A stretch of 64,000 nt of DNA from Malacoraja senta (lineage: Eukaryota): positions 8,372,001 through 8,436,000 of the forward strand of contig CM075992.1 in NCBI GenBank assembly GCA_038087875.1. Reading direction: 5' to 3'. The notes below the pieces were generated by a model that had not been told where the DNA came from, made no database searches, and saw only the letters and a program-made list of their open reading frames with translations. Shown one piece after another: positions 62,201 through 64,000 of the stretch (position 1 is the first letter of the stretch; the number at the start of each line of letters is the position of its first letter). The translations under genes and the position numbers were made by a program.

Positions 62201-63875
62201 CACGCAATGTGCCAGTCAGCTGGACATTGCCGCCCCATCTGTCGTTCGTGGAAAGGTTCTTCCGGACCAACACCTTTGACCACATGTCCATCGGGCAGTG
62301 GTCAGCACAGAACGTCCTGCAGGCACTGCAGGGAAAGGACTCGATGGATCCGGTGGCGTGGTTCCCAGAGCAGACTGCCCAGCTTGTCTGGCAAAATGCC
62401 TCATCGCCAGAACTCACCAACAAGCACCAAGACCTGGCTTGGCTGGCGGTGAGGGGAGCCCTCCCAGTCAGATCCTTCCTGCACCGTCGGAACCTCACTA
62501 CCAGCGCACGCTGCCCTCGGGACGGCTGCTTTGGAGAGGAGACGGTTGCCCACCTCTTTGTAGAGTGTCGATTCGCAAAGAGAGTCTGGAGAGGTCTGCA
62601 AGGGGCCCTGTCACAGTTTATTCCGAACAGCTCCGTCACAGAGGACTCTGTGATTTACGGACTGTTCCCAGGGACACATTCAGAGACTGACATCGAGTGC
62701 TGCTGGAGGGTCATCAACTCGGTGAAAGATGCTCTTTGGTCTGCCCGAGCGTTGTTCACCACCCAGCGGAGCGAGATGTCCGTCGGGGAATGTTGCCGAC
62801 TGGCCCGCTGCAGACTGCAGGAGTACGTGCTGAGCGACGCACTGAAGCTCGGTGCAGCCAACGCCAAGGCTCGGTGGGGGAGGGCCACAGTCTAGGGTCC
62901 TTCCGCTGCTGGACATGGGGGGCCAGGGTGTAGTGGAGATGCCCCTCAAAATAAGGGAAGGGATTCCACACCAGTGGACCACATAAGTGGCAAGGGTGTG
63001 GGATAAAATTGCGTAATTTGTGTAAACAGTATTGAATGTGTACAGCCTCCGAGAATGTTGGCTGGAGTCTTGTAAGGATCATGTATTGGATATATTTATT
63101 TCTCCAATAAAGTATATTTTGAAATAAAATTTTAAAAAAAGACGGATTCTAATCACCTGCATCCCGTGAGGATCAACTCGGGCCCTGGACGGCCTGTCAG
63201 CACCCAGACAGCGGAAAGACTACACACAATTACAATTGATCCTCCTGCTGTGTACAGATACAGGATCAAGGGAATAACGTTTGGTGCTGTACTGAGAACA
63301 TTCCACGTTCTAATGTTCGCTGTTCACCACAGACATTGTGGGCCGAAGGGCCAGTTCCTGTGCTGTACTGTTGTATGTTCTAATGTTCGCTGTTCAGCAC
63401 AGATATTGTGGGCCGAAGGGCCTGTTCCTATGTTGTAGTGTTCCATGTTCTAATGTTCACTGCTCGGTACAGACATTGTGGGCCAAAGGGCCTGATCCTG
63501 CGCTGTAGTGTTCTATGTTCTAACGTTGCTGTTCGACATGGGCATTGTGGACCGAAGGGCCTGTTCCTGTACAGTACTGTTTTACGTTGTAATGTCTGTT
63601 GTTTAGCACAGACATTGTGGGCCGAAGGGCCTGTTCCTGTACTGTTCGATGTTCTAACCAGTACCGCCTGTGCTGATGGAACTGCTTGCTCCTGCAGAGT
63701 ATCTCATCGTTCACCGCTCGGCTGATGGGGAACCGATCCCTGCTGGGCAACATGGACCGGGGGAAGCAGCAGGAGGCCTTGGCGTTGTCTCTGCAGACGG
63801 TGGAGAACTCGGTGATGGCCATGGTCTTCACGCTGGCCAGCGAGGAGAAGAAGAACATGTCCTTCGGCAACATCG
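36281..63875 (+). CDS. Adhesion G protein-coupled receptor E family gene (CD97/ADGRE5- or EMR-like), partial: 10 exons encoding the end of the signal peptide, 6 EGF-like domains and the start of the stalk/GAIN region
   Basis: GT-AG exons at 36281-36369, 40232-40375, 42367-42507, 43860-43997, 45748-45888, 46743-46892, 53663-53803, 56763-56827, 61979-62113 and 63698-63875. Phases are compatible from the second exon onward. Tandem one-exon-per-domain cbEGF modules followed by a helical stalk match ADGRE architecture. The paralog cannot be assigned by eye. Confidence 0.85.
36585..36900. repeat. Polypyrimidine/polypurine tract with (CCCTCT)n
   Basis: About 315 bp almost entirely C/T on the + strand. 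Confidence 0.9.
37465..37960 (-). mobile_element. CR1 LINE 3' fragment, followed by a + strand L2 3' end (38020-38380)
   Basis: ORF 37462-38178 contains ERAQRRFTRMLPGL...YRERLSRLGLYSLERRRMR; ORF 38060 contains GDRAFAVAAPRLWNSIP. Confidence 0.85.
40232..40375 (+). CDS. EGF1 exon, calcium-binding type (DKDECHEGLCGPNAACTNTIGSFHCKCFKGF...SFCV)
   Basis: tctgtctcag acceptor, G|gtgagt donor, 144 nt, phase 1-1. D-x-D-E-C and C-x-N-x-x-G-S-F-x-C consensus. Confidence 0.93.
40445..41695 (-). mobile_element. CR1 LINE RT 3' fragment split by a Harbinger MITE
   Basis: ORFs 41450-41674 (YINDLDEGIKSNISKFADDTKL) and 40526-41113 (LYRVLVRPHLEYCVQFWSP). Confidence 0.9.
42367..42507 (+). CDS. EGF2 exon (GKGECHDGLCGPHEACTNTIGGFRCSCLKGF...SFCV), tandem duplicate of EGF1
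   Basis: Same acceptor and donor context as EGF1, 141 nt, six Cys intact, N-terminal acidic Ca-ligand residues replaced by Gly. Confidence 0.85.
42560..43175 (-). mobile_element. Rex1/Babar LINE 3' fragment (related copy at 58430-59355)
   Basis: NFYRCTVES.LTGCI..WFGN...DPHHPGH....LPSGRRYRSL...TSRFRNSFF; (TTGAC)n tail. Confidence 0.85.
43860..43997 (+). CDS. EGF3 exon (DANECLSSPCGSMAACHNTESSFYCSCNKGFDGDCKLANSSELCCR)
   Basis: ttgttctgtag acceptor, G|gtaagc donor, 138 nt, phase 1-1. Confidence 0.9.
45085..45592. repeat. AT-rich (AAAAT)n array with recurring aataatcataaatt, expanded from a SINE tail
   Basis: Begins and ends in (AAACT)n SINE tail units. Confidence 0.9.
45748..45888 (+). CDS. 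EGF4 exon (DKNECQSEPCGDNTVCHNTVGSFYCECGKGFYTADHRFTDPKVSECK)
   Basis: gtgttgtag acceptor, G|gtgagt donor, 141 nt, cbEGF consensus. This frame is not in the supplied ORF track. Confidence 0.93.
46743..46892 (+). CDS. EGF5 exon (DYDECYTSPTICGSNASCYNTEGSFHCLCDKGFARPSGKRNFTGYGGRCW)
   Basis: actccgacag acceptor, G|gtgagc donor, 150 nt. The SG-x-x-N-F motif before the last Cys is typical of ADGRE EGFs. Confidence 0.93.
49225..49424. other. Assembly gap (200 N)
   Basis: Run of N; followed by an imperfect (CA)n tract 49425-50040. Confidence 0.99.
50420..51260 (-). mobile_element. L2-clade LINE 3' fragment (duplicate at 47470-48260)
   Basis: ORF 50554-51294 VKNLGVIFDS...SSRLDYCNSL...LQLVQNAAARLL...HITPILASLHWLPV; (TGACT)n tail. 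Confidence 0.9.
53663..53803 (+). CDS. EGF6 exon ([47 protein letters not shown])
   Basis: tctctcttccag acceptor, A|gtaagt donor, 141 nt, cbEGF consensus. Confidence 0.93.
55885..56490 (-). mobile_element. CR1 LINE 3' fragment
   Basis: ORF 55984-56439; (ctattgt)n tail. Confidence 0.9.
56763..56827 (+). CDS. Short post-EGF linker exon (KFDCPSPVNKCPAVPKEVGSVQ)
   Basis: tctttgtttctacccag acceptor, CAG|gtagga donor (in-frame alternative GAG|gtggga at 56812). Phase 1-0 bridges EGF6 to the next exon. Confidence 0.7.
60165..60275. repeat. 10-bp tandem repeat (ctatcagtgt)n inside a Penelope-derived repeat
   Basis: About 10 copies, expanded from the gtgtctatc motif of the host repeat. Confidence 0.9.
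61223..61700. mobile_element. hAT-like non-autonomous element with a 5-bp TSD
   Basis: Imperfect TIR catgggccgcggaaac / gttccgcggaccctg; GAACT at 61218-61222 and 61701-61705. Confidence 0.75.
61979..62113 (+). CDS. Stalk exon (MGESGVETAGVTDDPFCSIMDSLQQHSVCERLQSEEDFDPEQHFQ)
   Basis: tcttttccctgtag acceptor, CAG|gtgagc donor, 135 nt, phase 0-0, open frame in non-repeat DNA. Confidence 0.8.
62159..63140 (+). mobile_element. 5'-truncated Tx1-type (L1 clade) LINE, young insertion
   Basis: Open ORF to 62895 with zf-RVT-like CP..GC...ETVAHLFVEC; AATAAA at 63106; A tail; TSD gacggattc at 62150-62158 and 63141-63149. Confidence 0.9.
63300..63660 (+). repeat. About 70-bp tandem repeat x5 made of CR1 3'-terminal sequence
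   Basis: Unit gttctaatgttcgctgtt..cacagacattgtgggccgaagggcctgttcctgtgctgtactgt; matches the CR1 end at 44690-44745. Confidence 0.85.
63698..63875 (+). CDS. GAIN subdomain-A-like helical exon (SISSFTARLMGNRSLLGNMDRGKQQEALALSLQTVENSVMAMVFTLASEEKKNMSFGNI)
   Basis: ttgctcctgcag acceptor, G|gtaacg donor, 178 nt, phase 0-1. The LQTVENSVM helix resembles ADGRE/ADGRL GAIN-A helices. Confidence 0.82.
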
Positions 63876-64000
63876 GTAACGAGTGCGGGTGAAGGGGCAG
63901 CGCTGGCTCTGGGCATCAAGCTCATCAGGAAGGCTGGGGGCAGAGTTGGATTCATGGGAGGTGAATCCACTGACGGCCTCCACAGCCTTCTGTGGCAAAG

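Overview
Repeat-dense vertebrate genomic DNA, almost certainly a cartilaginous fish (skate/ray/shark), inferred from dozens of HE1-type tRNA-derived V-SINEs sharing a 3' tail with CR1/HER1-type LINEs. The only host gene I can reconstruct is the 5' part of a + strand adhesion GPCR of the ADGRE (EGF-TM7; CD97/EMR-like) family. It has a signal-peptide/half-EGF exon (36281-36369, one base short of frame), six phase-1/phase-1 EGF exons, and three stalk/GAIN-region exons. Exon 1 was not found, and the 7TM region lies beyond the window. The rest is CR1, L2, Rex1/Babar, L1, Tx1, RTE-derived and Penelope-like fragments, Harbinger- and hAT-type MITEs, and minisatellites. A 200-N gap is flanked by a probable false duplication. 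The most interesting signals: (i) about 30 copies of a short Penelope-derived repeat carrying a minimal hammerhead ribozyme core, one still attached to a GIY-YIG ORF and many in inverted pairs or in sense within the gene's introns; (ii) a tandemly duplicated EGF exon whose coding sequence has diverged much faster than its flanking introns; (iii) a young Tx1 insertion 45 bp after a splice donor. All coordinates and counts were read by eye; no searches were run.
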